NCBI GenBank assembly: GCA_964291265.2
Contig: OZ219747.1
Coordinates: 2,208,001-2,272,000, forward strand
DNA from: Alphaproteobacteria bacterium
Lineage (GTDB): Bacteria > Pseudomonadota > Alphaproteobacteria > SP197
DNA: 64,000 nucleotides
Direction: 5' to 3'
The notes beneath the pieces are model-generated. The model had not been told where the DNA came from, did not search any database, and saw nothing but the letters and a program-made list of their open reading frames with translations. A program made the translations under genes and the position numbers. Position 1 is the stretch's first letter. Each line of letters begins with the position of its first letter. This document shows positions 20,949 through 32,902 of this stretch, in pieces.

Positions 20949-21959
20949 GGGAGTTCGGTCCCCCGTGACCGGCTCGTCCGGGTGCTGCGCCGGGGGGCGT
21001 CACAACTCCGCCCGGCATCGCATCGCTCTTTCTCTTGATGCCGATCTAGCATCCACCCGGGGCGGCGGCAAAGACGCCGCCCCGGGACCGGACAACGCGA
21101 CCCGCCCACAGGGAAGACAGACGATCCCGCGAGTGCCTCGGAACCGGAACCCTCCCGGCAACCGTCACCAAGACCGAAGCAGAGGTCGACGGAACCCGAA
21201 CCGGACCAAAACGACAATAGGAAAAGACGGCGGCGCTCGGGGAGACAACCAGCCGAACACTCAAACCACGACAACAGGACGTGACAATAGGACCTGACAA
21301 CAGGGAAGAAACACGACCCTGACAAAGCGCGGCAAATCGCCGAAATCCCGCCGTTCTATGCAGCCATCAACAGGTCAGGATGTCTGAACTTCTGGTCTTG
21401 GATTTTCGCGACGGTAACGGTGCATGCACAGGCAGTGAGCGGAACCACAGGGCTTTTCTTTTGTCGTCCCGGCGCTCGGCGCACGCAGGATTCTGGGGGT
21501 GGACATCCCGTTTTCGCCGTGGCAGTGTGCCGGCATGACGACGCTTGTGACCCCAGATTCCCCTATCGACCTTCACGAGGTGACGGTGCGCCCGACCCGT
21601 GGCGCACGTGAGCACCGGCTCTGGGATCGTCTGGTCAAGGAGCATCACTACCTGCGGTTTCACGGCATCATCGGCAAGGGCCTGCGCCATGTCGCCCTGC
21701 ACGGCGAGACCTGGGTGGCGCTGGTCGGCTGGCAGCCGGGCTCGTTCAAGCTTGCTGCACGCGACCGCTGGATCGGCTGGACTGCGGAGCAGCAGTTCCG
21801 GCGCCTGCATCTGATCGCGAACAATTCCCGGTTCGTCATTCTTGGCCCGAGGTAAGCGTTCGGCCACGCGGTGATTGTTGGTGATATTCACCGGTTGAGG
21901 ATGCGTTTGGGAGGCGCACCACGTGGCGGTTCGCTGTTGGGTCCGAAGACGATGGGTCC

Positions 21960-22195
21960 GGGTCGGGTTGCTCGTCGTTGGGGTGGCGGCAGGGTGATGA
22001 GGCCGTCGCGGTGCATGGCCAGAAAGGCGACATTCGCCATCATGTTCTTGAGGCCCCGTCGGGCTTGTATCAGCCGGTCTCGCGGCAGAAGGCGCGGGCG
22101 ATGGCCGCACGGGTGGGGTGCTGGGTGATCAGGGAGCGCAACAGCGCCATCTCGTGCGCGGTGAAGTCACGGCCGTCGTAACGGCACTCGATCAC
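21960..22195 (-). pseudogene. Truncated N-terminus of a DUF4338-type protein downstream of the IS66 transposase
   Basis: VIECRYDGRDFTAHEMALLRSLI...RAAIARAFCRETG*YKPDG, then after a frameshift MMANVAFLAMHRDGLITLPPP; GTGA overlap with the transposase stop. Confidence 0.6.
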
Positions 22196-23019
22196 CCCGG
22201 TTCCATGAGGTCCCGTCGGCGCTCCGGGGTCATCGACCATGGCAGCCACGGGTCGAGGTCATCCGGCGGCTTGCCGCCGTTCTGCGCGCAGGCCTCAAGC
22301 CACTCATGAAGCCAGCGCCGAACATTGATGTTGTTCATGGCAAGGGTGCCGATGACCGAGTACATGATGGCGGTGAAGGCGGCGCCTTCCTCGCTGTCGG
22401 AGCCGAAGCTCAGCTTTCTCGCGGTCACCGCACCCCGGAGGGTTCTCTCGGCCAGGTTGTTGTCCATGGGCACCTGGGGATGGTCGACAAAGACGCACAG
22501 TCCCTCGCGGTGACGGATCAGGGAACGCAAGGGCTTCGCTTCGCGTGCACCCTCGGGCAAGGCGTCGAGTTCCTCCTGAGCCTGCCTGAACAGCGCCTCG
22601 ACAGCCGCACGAAGGTCCTTCTGCAGGGCATTGAACCTCGCTGACTGACGCTTGCGTGCGGGATCGTAGTGCTTCAGCCGTTGCCCATTCAGTGTGTAGA
22701 TCAGCGCGATCCTGTCGAGCCACTTGTCGCACCACTCTTCCAGCCCCTCTTGGCCTGCCGCAGCCTCGATCACATCGCGCCTGGAGTGCGCCCAGCAAAG
22801 GCAGAGGATCACCTTGCCATCAAGCTCACGCTCCAGTTTCCTGTAGACCACGTAGCGGTCGCAGACAAGGAAGACGGTGCCTTCGGTGGAGGCGAACAGC
22901 ACCATGGCCACCCGGGTGCTGCGTGACGGGTCGATAAGGAAGAAGACGGAGTCGGCGCTGACCGCGGTCCACAGCCAGGCCTTCTGCGAGCGCCCCGAGG
23001 CCTTGAGGGACTGGATGCG

Positions 23020-24938
23020 GTGTGCCAGGCGAACTGGCGGAAGGTAGGGGGTGAAAGTCCCCTGAAACGAAGGAGTAACCAAACCACGTTTCTCCGCGAG
23101 CCGTGCGTCGGTTCCCGCGAGGGGGCAGGCGAAGCGTCGGTAGCGGTACGGATGGGCAGGGCTAATGAGCACCGAAAAGTCCGTTGTTCGGGGTGCCGAG
23201 GCTTTCGCATCGGTCGAAGGCAACATCGCAGGCATCGATTTGGTGAGATGTCGGCGAGCCCCGCGGTGTCGGAGAACCCATGCACGTCCGCACGCCTTCT
23301 GTTGGGACCCTGGGAGGTCTTCGAACTATCCCGCCTGTCGTGGCGGGACCGTGTAGGGAAAGGAGAAAGCCGAAGCCTATGAGGAACGGTTTGAAGAAGT
23401 CGGATGGGGCCGTAAGACCGGTGAAGGCGGCGAACAAGGGAGCGTCAGCTTCTGCGGAGTCGCTGGAGGAAAGGGCCTCAACCAAGGGGAATCCGGGACG
23501 CCAAAGCACGCACCGAACGCAGTGTCGGGCAAGTGTGCCACAGGCGGCGGACCGGATACGGGAAGCTGCAGAGAGGAACCCGAAGGAGCGTCTCACTGCA
23601 CTCTTCCATCACATTACGCCGGACGCGCTCCGGGCGGCCTACTTCGGTTTGAAGAAGGAAGCCTCGGCAGGTGTCGACGGCGTGACGTGGGCGGCGTATG
23701 GCGAGGGTCTGGACGAGCGCTTGCTTGATCTGCACTCGCGCCTGCATCGTGGGGGAGCGTACCGGGCGCCGCCGGTTCGGCGGGTTGAGATACCCAAGCC
23801 GGACGGCGGGACACGACCGCTCGGGATTGCCGCACTGGAGGACAAGATCGTCCAGAAGGCGGTTGTGGATGTGATCCTGACACCGATTTATGAGGTGGAG
23901 TTCCTTGGCTTCAGCTACGGGTTCCGACCGGGCCGAGGGGCGCATGACGCTCTCGACGCCCTGGCGTTCGGGATCGAGCGGCGCAAGGTCAACTGGATAG
24001 TCGACGCGGACATTCAGGGGTACTTCGACACAATCCCGAGGGATTGGTTGATCAAGTTCCTGGAGCATCGCATTGGCGACAGGCGGGTGATCCGTCTGAT
24101 CCGCAAGTGGCTGAACGCTGGCGTCATGACCGACGGATCATGGAGCGACACCGGTGCGGGCACGCCTCAGGGCGCCATTGTCAGCCCCTGCCTGGCGAAC
24201 GTGTTTCTGCACTACGTGCTCGATCTGTGGTTTCACAAGGCATGGCGTCCGAAGGTTCCGAACGGTAAAGCGATCATTGTCCGCTACGCGGACGATATTG
24301 TGGTCGGGTTCCAGCATAAGCGGGATGCGGAGACATACCTTCGCGACGTTCGGGAGAGGCTGGACCGCTTTGGTCTCACCCTTCACCCGGACAAGACCCG
24401 TCTCGTTGAGTTTGGACGGTTTGCCAAGGCGAACCGGCGATCTCGCGGGGCGGGCAGGCCGGAGACGTTCGACTTCCTGGGCTTCACGCACTTCTGCACG
24501 GAGACCCGGAGAGGACGCTTCAGGCTTGGTCGCAAGCCGGTCGCAAAACGGGTCGCAAGGACCCTGGCGCGCATCGAGGAGGTGCTTCGCAATCGACGGC
24601 ATCACGACATATGGGAGGTCGGCATGTGGCTTGGGCGAGTTGTCAATGGCTGGTCCAACTACTTCGCCGTTCCGGGGTCGACCCGATGGCTGCGCACGTT
24701 CCGCCAAAGGCTGCAACGCCTATGGCTGCGAGCGATCCGCCGCCGCTCCCAGCGCCACTGCTTTGACTGGAAGCGATTGGAGCGCATGACCGAGCTTCTT
24801 TGGCCGCGCGTCTCCATCCGCCACCCATGGCCGGACCAGCGGTTTACCGTCAAGCACCCGAGGTAGGAGCCGGATGGATTAACGTCCATGTCCGGATCTG
24901 TGCGGGGGGTGCGCAGCAATGCGCATCCCTACCGCGAC
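23020..24938 (+). mobile_element. Full-length group II intron, antisense to the IS66 transposase
   Basis: GTGTG 5' end, ...ctaccgcgAC 3' end; putative EBS1 cgcatc and EBS2 agtcc complementary to flank gatgcg and ggact. Confidence 0.95.
23535..24866 (+). CDS. ltrA: Group II intron reverse transcriptase/maturase (no endonuclease domain)
   Basis: AGVDG, RPLGI, SYGFRP, GTPQG, RYADD, FDFLGF, X domain; start uncertain (frame open from 23280). Confidence 0.93.
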   Translation: MPQAADRIREAAERNPKERLTALFHHITPDALRAAYFGLKKEASAGVDGVTWAAYGEGLDERLLDLHSRLHRGGAYRAPPVRRVEIPKPDGGTRPLGIAALEDKIVQKAVVDVILTPIYEVEFLGFSYGFRPGRGAHDALDALAFGIERRKVNWIVDADIQGYFDTIPRDWLIKFLEHRIGDRRVIRLIRKWLNAGVMTDGSWSDTGAGTPQGAIVSPCLANVFLHYVLDLWFHKAWRPKVPNGKAIIVRYADDIVVGFQHKRDAETYLRDVRERLDRFGLTLHPDKTRLVEFGRFAKANRRSRGAGRPETFDFLGFTHFCTETRRGRFRLGRKPVAKRVARTLARIEEVLRNRRHHDIWEVGMWLGRVVNGWSNYFAVPGSTRWLRTFRQRLQRLWLRAIRRRSQRHCFDWKRLERMTELLWPRVSIRHPWPDQRFTVKHPR

Positions 24939-27900
24939 CCAGCTGGTCTCGTCGCCGTGGCGCACCGTCAGCCGGTTCTGATGATCGAGGATGGCCTGAG
25001 CGAGAGGCGCGAACATCGGCGTCATCTTCTTCATGCCGCCAGCGATCGTTCCCGGCGCCATCGGCAGTCCCTGGTCTTCCAGCCATCGCGAGACCCGGCG
25101 CAGGGGACGCAAGCAGGCGAAGCGCTCATAGAGCACGCATTCCCAGACACTGATGCCGAAGGGGGTATTCGCAAGCAAGCGCAAAGGTGGCGGCGCGATG
25201 ATCTCCGCAGGCGCCGACGAACACTGACAACCACGGCGCCAACGCCCACGTTCAATCCGCCGGATATGAGCCTTGACATGGACCTCCATGATCGAGGTCT
25301 CGTGGCTGCCGTTGGCCACATAGGGCTCGCCGCAACACGGGCACGTGCGCTGCGATGCCGGTGGATCATGGCGTTCGTGCTTCTCCTTGAGCTTCGGACG
25401 CGGAGTGCGCCCGTGGCCGCTCTTGCCGGGTTGCTGACCCCGCTTGTTCCCGGTGCCTTCCTTCTTCTTCCGTTTCTCGCTCTTCGACCCGAAGCGCGCC
25501 GTCGCGTGCTTGGCACGCGTCCCGCGGAGATTCCTCAGCTCGCTCGCCTGTTCAGCGTTCTTGAGCTTCAGAGCGTCCCTTTCCTGCTCCAGCGCCTCCG
25601 CTCGGGCCTGTCCACGCTTCACCTCCCGGCGAGCCTCCTTGAGCTGATCACGAGTGCGGTCGAGATGAAACTTGAATGTGCCCGCACGGGCACGGGCAGA
25701 ATTCTTCGCACGGCGCAGGTCACGCATACGCGCTTCCGCCGCATCCGCACGAACCCGCTCCGCCTCATAGAGCGCACGCCAGTCAGGCGCCTCGCATGAC
25801 AAGGCCACTGACGCCCGACATAGGCCGTCACCACCTCCCGTCAGCTGCTGTGTCGCTCCGCGCGTCTCGGCAAAAGTCTTCATGGCCTCGACCATAATCG
25901 AGACCAAACGAGTTTACCAGCTCTTTCTCAGACGATAGTCAGCAAGACCCAAACCAACCAAAATCAGCCATCACCGAACGGCCGAACGCTTACGGCCCGA
26001 GAGGGGTGCCGAACCTGGCGTCCCGCGTGCTCGGCCTGAGCCTTCGGCGGCTGTCCGCCGACATCGAGGCCACGCACGGATACCCAGTGTTCCTCGCGGA
26101 GACGTTCGTCGACATCAAGCGCTTCGCCGGAACCTGCTATCGCGCGGCGAACTGGCGCTCGCTGGGATTGACGCGCGGCTTCGGTCGCAAGCCCGGCGGC
26201 ACCGCACGCTTCCGTCACCACGGCCAGCCCAAGGAGATCTTCATGTACGAACTGACCGACGGCGCCGCCGAGGCGCTGAGCCGGGACGCGATCCCGGAGA
26301 GCTGGAACGCGGAGCAGCACGACCAAGCCGGACCGATGGCCGCGTCCGGGCTGCGCAGTCTGTTCGCCTGCCTGGGCGAGGTGCCCGAGTGCCGCAAGCC
26401 CCGGGGCAAGCGCTATCCGCTGAGAACCATTCTCGCGATCGCCGTCGCAGCCCGGCTCGCCGGCTACCGCGGCGTGAGCGCATTCGCTCAGTTCGCCGCC
26501 CTGCTCACCCAGGAACAGCTGGCGGCGGTGGGTGCGTTCTACAGCCCGTCGAAGAAGCGCTACACGGCGCCCACGTCCACAACCTTCCACAGCATCCTCG
26601 CCAACCTGCCGCCCGAGACCCTGGACCACGCCATCGGCCTGTGGACGGCCCAGCAGGCCGGTGCAGACACACCGCTCGCCATGGACGGCAAGGACATCCG
26701 CGGCGCCTCCAGGCAGACCAAAAACGGGCGGCGGATGATGGTCGCAGCGGTCGAGCACGGAACCGGCATGGTCCTCGGCCAGGTCGAGGTCGACGCGAAG
26801 AGCAACGAGATCCCCGCCGTGCGGGACCTCGCCAGCAGCATCGACGTCACGGGCCGCATCGTCACCCTGGACGCGATGCACGCTCAGCACGAGACCGCGC
26901 AACGGCTTCTCGAGCGCCGCGCCGACTATGTCATCACGGCGATCAAGGATAACCAGGAGACCATGCTCGACGACCTCAAGGCCATCGACTTCAAGGGCGC
27001 GGCTTCGTTCGAGACACTCGACAAGGGGCACGGACGCATCGAGCGCCGCCGCTGTGCCGTGGTCGACATCTCCGGCGCCGAGTGGGACGGCTACGCCGCT
27101 CTCCACGGTCGCCACCAAGCCATCCGCATCGAGCGCGAACGCGAGATCTGCAAGACCAAAGAACGCAGTGTCGAGACCACCTGGTGCCTCACCTCGCTCG
27201 CTCCCGAACGCGCCGGACCCGAGATGCTTCTGGCCCTCGTGCGCGACCACTGGGTCATCGAAAATCGACTCCACTACGTACGCGACTTCACCTACGACGA
27301 GGACCGCTGCAGGGTCCATGTGCGCCATCTGCCACGCAACCTCTCCTGCCTGACAAACGCCGCCATCGCCATCGTGCGCTGCGGCGGACATTTCGACTAT
27401 ATGCCCGAAGCCAACCGGCACTACGCCGCCCGCGCCCAGGACGCACTCGACGCTATCCTCATCCCGCCCGGCGGATGAACCTTCGCTCCTGACCCCGCGC
27501 CACAAGCCGGGAACGCGCCGCCTGACGGCGCAACAGGACAGCTCTGTTCGCACACTCGAAAAAACGTGCCTAGTGAGCCCTGATGCACCAGCAGTGCCCA
27601 CTGAAACCAGCCCACAGCGAACCCGGGCGCCTCAACCATGCCGGTCCCTGTCACATCAACAATCCACAGGACTGAAAAAAGAATGGTCCTGAGCGGAACC
27701 ACACAGATCTTGATCTTTGCCATCAACATCAACCCCTGTGGTCGGACATCCATGCGTTGTACGCCATGCCGCACCATCGGCCTCAGGCAAAGACGTGCCG
27801 GACCTGCGCACATTCCGCCTGCCTTGGGATCGGGCGCCTGCAACTATGCGATCCGCCGTCCACACCACATGGCAGCCTGGGATACCGGAGCCGCCAGTTC

Positions 27901-28075
27901 CCAAGACGACCATCTCGCCAAGCTGGCGGAGAATTCGTCAATGCTCTAACATTCACCTTTGGAACATCAAGACGCCGTCAGGCTGAAGGCCTCGCGCCTC
28001 TCCGATAGGGTTTGCGATTGCGGCGTACCACCAACAGTTGGACGGGCGGATACGCGCCGTAGGAGTGAATGGAAG

Positions 28076-28558
28076 ATGCAGAACCCGGAAGAGCATGGAG
28101 CATGTATCGAGACGAAGGGTAAGCTCATGTGGGCGACCTTGATCCTGTTCATGGGAATGATGGCGGGGAGTGATTGGGCGCGAGCTGCCGTTATCGCATC
28201 ATGCGGCCCGTGGACCGGGTACACCTTTGTCTACGAAAGCGAGTTGCATGACCAATCGGGTTGGATTGCGGATGCTATCGAGTCGACCACCATCTTCACC
28301 GGCACCGACAGTGAAGAAGTATCCGATGTAATCATCGAGAGAAAAGGTTTGGATGGCAATAACTTGACCCAGCGTGCCAGCGACTACGGTCATGTGATCG
28401 AGGTGCACAAGGCGGGCCCGATCCGCCATGTGATTGTCTTGTGGGGTCCCGTGACGGAGCTTTATCATGTGAACACAGAGGCCAAGAAGGCATCTCTCTT
28501 AACCACCAAGTCCGGCCCTATCGAGTTGACGCATGCCTATAGTGGAGAGTGCGAGTGA
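28076..28558 (+). CDS. Hypothetical, probably exported protein
   Basis: Lower-GC ORF with a hydrophobic signal-like segment (LMWATLILFMGMMAG); start may be 28127. Confidence 0.55.
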   Translation: MQNPEEHGACIETKGKLMWATLILFMGMMAGSDWARAAVIASCGPWTGYTFVYESELHDQSGWIADAIESTTIFTGTDSEEVSDVIIERKGLDGNNLTQRASDYGHVIEVHKAGPIRHVIVLWGPVTELYHVNTEAKKASLLTTKSGPIELTHAYSGECE

Positions 28559-30555
28559 ACATGAGTGCTTCCGGGGACGCCCGCGTCTTGCAACTTGACG
28601 GCGTCTTGACGTTCCAAGGGAACAGCTCGTCGATAAGGTCGCTCGGATCGCCTGTAGCGAGTGCCTGTCAGAAGGCCCTTTCTCAAGCGATGACACGTGT
28701 CGATGTGGCAGGGCTGCGCCTCTGATGCGCCCCCGCTTTTGTCTCATGTCAGGTGATACCTCACGCTCTGAACGGTTCATTGTGCCGTACCCAGCGTGAT
28801 CGTCCCGGCCGTTGTCATGCTTCGGACAAAGGCTCCCCTTCCCGCCCTTATGCTTTCACCGTCCCACATGCATATGGGGATCTCGTTTCCGTTTTCTTTC
28901 ACCGGGTGCTTCGCTTCGTCTCCCCTCGCCAGGCGAGTCACGCACCTGGATCGCCCAGTTCAGCCTTGCGAGACCCTGCCAGATATTCTTCGCTCCCGGG
29001 AGCGGCCGACGTGGCGTGGGATGCGACCCAAGGAGGCGCCCGAGGTCGATGACGACGGCACGGACATCGGGCATCGCCCGGACCTCCCGGTGACCCTGGG
29101 ACCTTTCAACCAGACACTGTTGAATCCATCTTTTTCAGCATATCGAGTTCCTGCAGTTTCCGCATATTTCGGTGATGTTCGACGAAGGTGAGGAGGATTT
29201 CGTATCCCTGCCAGAGTTTCTCAGTCCCCGGCAGGGGTTGACGTTTTCTGGGAATGAAGCCCGCCAGGCGTGCGACGTCGACGGCGAAGGCTGCGATGGT
29301 CGGTTCGGGATCGGGAGGTCCACGCGGCGTGCGCTGTCGGCTGACCTTATAGATGTTCAGGACCGTGATCTCGTCGCGGTGGACGATGTGGCTTGCCGGG
29401 GTGTCTGGTGCCGAGCGTGCGAGGCGCTCGACGGTCATGACGCGGCATGCGGTGATGGCGTCGAAGGCCAGACACTTCCTCAGATCGTCGACCTGGTTGA
29501 GGCGCCGGTCCTTGATCCGGGTGCCGACCTTCAGGGCCTTGAAGTACTCTTCGATCCACCATCGCCTCTCGTAGAAGGAGACGGTCTTGAGGGCATCGTC
29601 TGCGGTGACGTCGCCTTCGGTGGTGAGCAGCATCCAGTCGAGAGGATCGCGGCCTGGCGGTGGGGCGGGTTCCGTGACCCGCACGGCCATCATGGAGAGC
29701 GGCGGCGTTGTCTGAGGCTTCTTGTCCGGCGGAGCCAGGTCGACCCTTGCCGCACGGACTTCGAGGCGTACGCCCTTGCGCTCCTTGCGACGACGCGGCC
29801 CTCCGCAGGCCGCGATGTCGATCTGCTTCGTTGCGATGCACGGCTCGTCCGCCATGTAGTCCCAAAGGTCCCGGCAGGCGCCCGTTGCGGTGACCACGCG
29901 GCGCCGTGTCGAGCGCCTGACGCGCACCAGCAGACCGGCCTCGTGCTCCGGGCCAGCAGGTCCCAGATGTCGCCTTCACGGTCACAGATCACCAACACCC
30001 TTGTCGAAGGACAGGCAGCGGCCAGTTCCACGGCCTTGTCGTACCCGTCGAGCCAGCGCCGGCTCTCCTTGTCGTCTGGCTCGTCCTTCTTCTGATCCGG
30101 CTTGAGACGGAAGTCGGCGTCGAGATGGAACAGGCCGAGGGATGAGCCGCCTTCGCTGAAGGCAACCCCGGCATGGGCCGCCATGCCAAGGGCGCCCGAG
30201 CCGCCGCCGCCGATGTCAACAAGACCCTTGGTCGCCTCCAAGCCATTGTAATTCAAGAACGTCGTGTCCTGGATGGCAAGAATCAGGCGCTGCGAACGGC
30301 AGCGTTCCACCATCGCTTCCTGGTGCCCCTCAAGGATATGCTCCATCGTCACCCTCGGATTTGACAACAGGCGGTAGGCCGCCTTCTGCTCCGCCTCGCC
30401 GGGGAAGATCACCGGCAGGATCGCGCCGGGACGATCGTTCCACGCCCGGCCCATGGTGACAAGGCGCTCGCGGATGCGCACGTCACTGTGGCTGCTGCGG
30501 GCGTACTCCCTCATCGCCCAGTCGGTCCTGTCATCACCGACAAGGGGCGCCGCCT

Positions 30556-32902
30556 CTTTCAAAGGGTCGGACTTGTATAGGTGATTCGTTTCGTGCATGC
30601 TGCGGGCATGCAGGTTGGTCTCCGCCATTTCGATTCGCAGACGCTTGACTGGTTTGCCGGCGCGTTGCGCTCCGCCGACGCCACCCGTCACGGTCTGGCA
30701 CGCGAGCTTTGCGAGCGCACCGGTTGGCGCAACGCGCTCGGCCGTCCGTGCCTGTCGGCGGCGGCGAAGGTGCTGCCGGCGCTCGCCGAGCGCGTGGGGT
30801 TGGAGCTTCCGCCGCCGCGGAGCGTGCCTGATCCGACCGTCGTGCCCGCCGTCCCGGCCGGTGACGTCCCCGACACCAAGCTGGTCTGCCTGCTGGAGGA
30901 TCTCGGCCCGGTCTCGCTCGAACCGGTGGGCGAGGCCGACGATCGCCGGCTGTGGGAGGCGATGATGGCGACGCACCACCCGCTGGGATGGACGCGCTCG
31001 CCCGGCGGCCAGGTGCGCTACTGGATCCGCTCGCAACGCCACGGCACCCTCGGCGGGATCGGCTTCGGGTCCGCGACCTGGCAGTTGCGGGCGCGGGATG
31101 AGTGGATCGCATGGTCCGCCGACGCCCGTGCCGCCAACATCGAGCGTGTGATCTGCGGTCATCGGTTTCTCCTGCTTCCCGGCGTTCGGGTCTACGGACT
31201 GGCCTCCCGGGTCCTGCGCATGGCGGCGGAGCGCATCGCCGACGATTGGGAGGCTCGCTATGCGGTGCGCCCGGTGGCGGCCTACACTCATGTCGGTGCG
31301 GAGCACAGCGGCTATTGCTACCACTGCGCCGGCTGGACCGTGGCCGGGCGGACCAGCGGGCGCCGGGGCAAGGCCGGCACGGTGCGGGTCCTGGCCCTGG
31401 AGAGCGGCTGGCGGACGGTGCTCCACGGGACACAGCGCCGTCCACTCGGCGCCCTGGCGGGCGTCTATGACGGCACTGACGCGGACTGGGCGGAGCGGGA
31501 GTACGGGCGCACGCGCCATACCGACGGTCGGGTGCGGCGACGCATCGTTGACATGGGCCGGGCCTGGATGAAGAACATGGGGGAGGACCTGCCGATCATC
31601 TTTCCCGAGAAGGCGGAGCAGAAGGCCGCTTATCGGTTGCTGTCGAACCCGAGGGTCTCCATGGAGCACGTTCTGGAAGCGCATGTTGAGGCGACCGTGG
31701 AGCGTTGTCGGACAGAGCCTCTTGTCCTTGCGATACAGGACACGACGGCGATCAACTACAGCGGCCTGGAGGCCACGAAGGGTCTGGACAAGCTCGGCGG
31801 CGGCGGCAAGGGGAGCGTCGGCATCCTCGCCCACGCCGGTCTGGCGGTGACGTCGGAGGGCCGGCCGCTGGGCCTGTTCACGATGGATGCGGCCTTTCGG
31901 CAGGAGCCCGGGGAGGACAGTCAGCGCTGGGTCACCGGGCTTGAGCGGGCCCGGGAGCTCGCGGCGGCCTGCCCGGACACGCGTGTCGTCTCGGTCTGCG
32001 ACCGCGAGGGCGACTTCTGGGAACTGCTCGCCCATGCCGCGGACGCCGGAGCCGCGCTGCTGGTGCGTGCGAGCCGTTCGGCGAAACAGCGCGTGGGTGA
32101 GCCCGACGGCAAAAAGACGTGCCTGTGGAAGCATGTCGCGGCCCGGCCGCTGGTCGCGGTGACGGAGCTGACGATCCCGGCCGCTGGCGGCCCGCGCGCC
32201 CGCAAGGAGCGCGTCGCCCGTCTCGAGATCCGCACGGCACAGGTCGAGGTGGCGCCGCCGCAAAAAGAGCGCGACGCGGAGCCTGTGTCCATGTTCGCGG
32301 TCTCGGCCAGCGAGGCCGGAACCGGTGACGGCGACGAGGCCCTGCACTGGCTGCTGCTGACCACCGAGCGCCCGGCACCAGGGGAGGCCGAGGCCGTGCA
32401 CGCGGCGACCGTCCTGGGCTGGTACCGGACGCGATGGAGCATCGAGACCTGGTTCCGCACGCTGAAGACCGGGACCCGGATCAAGGACCGCCGGCTCGAC
32501 AGGGCCGACGACCTGAAGACGTGCCTTGCCTTCGACGCCGTCACCGCCGTCCATGTTGCCGACCTGACCGTGCTTGCGCGCGAGCGTCCCTTGACCCCGG
32601 CGAGCGAGGTGTTTGCCGAGGAGGACATCGACCTGCTCCGCACGCTGCTGGAATCCCAGGGTCACCGGGAGGTCCGGGCGATGGGCGATGTCCGTGCCGT
32701 CGTCATCGGCCTTGGGCGCCTTGTCGGGTGGCATCCCACGCCGCGCCAGACGCTCCCGGGAGCGAAGAAGCTCTGGCAGGGTCTCGAAAGGCTGAACTGG
32801 GCGATCCAGGTGCGTGACGCACTTGGCGCAAGAAGGCGGCGCGAAGCACTCGGTGAGAGAAGGCGGGAGTAACATCCCTATACACGCGTGGGTGGTTGAA
32901 AG
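30556..32902 (+). mobile_element. IS4-family element with intact DUF4338-transposase fusion
   Basis: TIRs CTTTCAA...GTATAGG at both ends; 9-bp TSD gcgccgcct. Confidence 0.92.
30608..32872 (+). CDS. DUF4338 (DruA-like) domain fused to IS4/Tn5-type DDE transposase
   Basis: HHPLG...ARDEWIAW...RFLLLP...GYCYHCAGW, then KAAYRLLSN, AIQDTT, CDREGD, YRTRWSIETWFRTLK. Confidence 0.9.
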   Translation: MQVGLRHFDSQTLDWFAGALRSADATRHGLARELCERTGWRNALGRPCLSAAAKVLPALAERVGLELPPPRSVPDPTVVPAVPAGDVPDTKLVCLLEDLGPVSLEPVGEADDRRLWEAMMATHHPLGWTRSPGGQVRYWIRSQRHGTLGGIGFGSATWQLRARDEWIAWSADARAANIERVICGHRFLLLPGVRVYGLASRVLRMAAERIADDWEARYAVRPVAAYTHVGAEHSGYCYHCAGWTVAGRTSGRRGKAGTVRVLALESGWRTVLHGTQRRPLGALAGVYDGTDADWAEREYGRTRHTDGRVRRRIVDMGRAWMKNMGEDLPIIFPEKAEQKAAYRLLSNPRVSMEHVLEAHVEATVERCRTEPLVLAIQDTTAINYSGLEATKGLDKLGGGGKGSVGILAHAGLAVTSEGRPLGLFTMDAAFRQEPGEDSQRWVTGLERARELAAACPDTRVVSVCDREGDFWELLAHAADAGAALLVRASRSAKQRVGEPDGKKTCLWKHVAARPLVAVTELTIPAAGGPRARKERVARLEIRTAQVEVAPPQKERDAEPVSMFAVSASEAGTGDGDEALHWLLLTTERPAPGEAEAVHAATVLGWYRTRWSIETWFRTLKTGTRIKDRRLDRADDLKTCLAFDAVTAVHVADLTVLARERPLTPASEVFAEEDIDLLRTLLESQGHREVRAMGDVRAVVIGLGRLVGWHPTPRQTLPGAKKLWQGLERLNWAIQVRDALGARRRREALGERRRE

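Larger units (their letters stand above)
16053..21372 (-). mobile_element. IS21-family element with primase-like cargo, copy 1 (5320 bp)
   Basis: TGT...ACA ends, imperfect TIRs sharing TAGAACGGCGGGAT, 5-bp TSD ggtca; near-identical inverted copy at 49314-54633. Confidence 0.92.
22192..25907 (-). pseudogene. IS66 transposase (TnpC-like), split (25907-24939 + 23019-22192)
   Basis: Coiled coil, RGQQPG, CPCC; rejoins as HGDETSW|RIQSLK; CWAHSRR, DNNLAER. Confidence 0.9.
21852..25993 (-). mobile_element. IS66-family element interrupted by a group II intron
   Basis: TIRs gtaagcgttcggcc / ggccgaacgcttac; 8-bp TSD ggcccgag. Confidence 0.92.
21535..27478 (+). pseudogene. DUF4338-ISAs1 transposase fusion, split (21535-21851 + 26002-27478)
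   Basis: Rejoins as RFVILGPR|GVPNLASRVL; ETFVD...GTCYRAANW; ISAs1 motifs DGK, KSNEIP, DAMH, HGRIE, HWVIENRLH. Confidence 0.9.
21448..27691 (+). mobile_element. ISAs1-family element (DUF4338-transposase fusion), interrupted by IS66
   Basis: TIRs cagggcttttcttttgtc / gaaaaaagaatggtcctg; 10-bp TSD agcggaacca. Confidence 0.88.

Noticed and set aside
23280-24866. Retron, DGR or defence-associated RT
   Set aside because: It has GTGTG...AC boundaries, a domain V/VI-like end, an X domain and clean host-frame restoration, so it is a group II intron; no TR/VR pair seen
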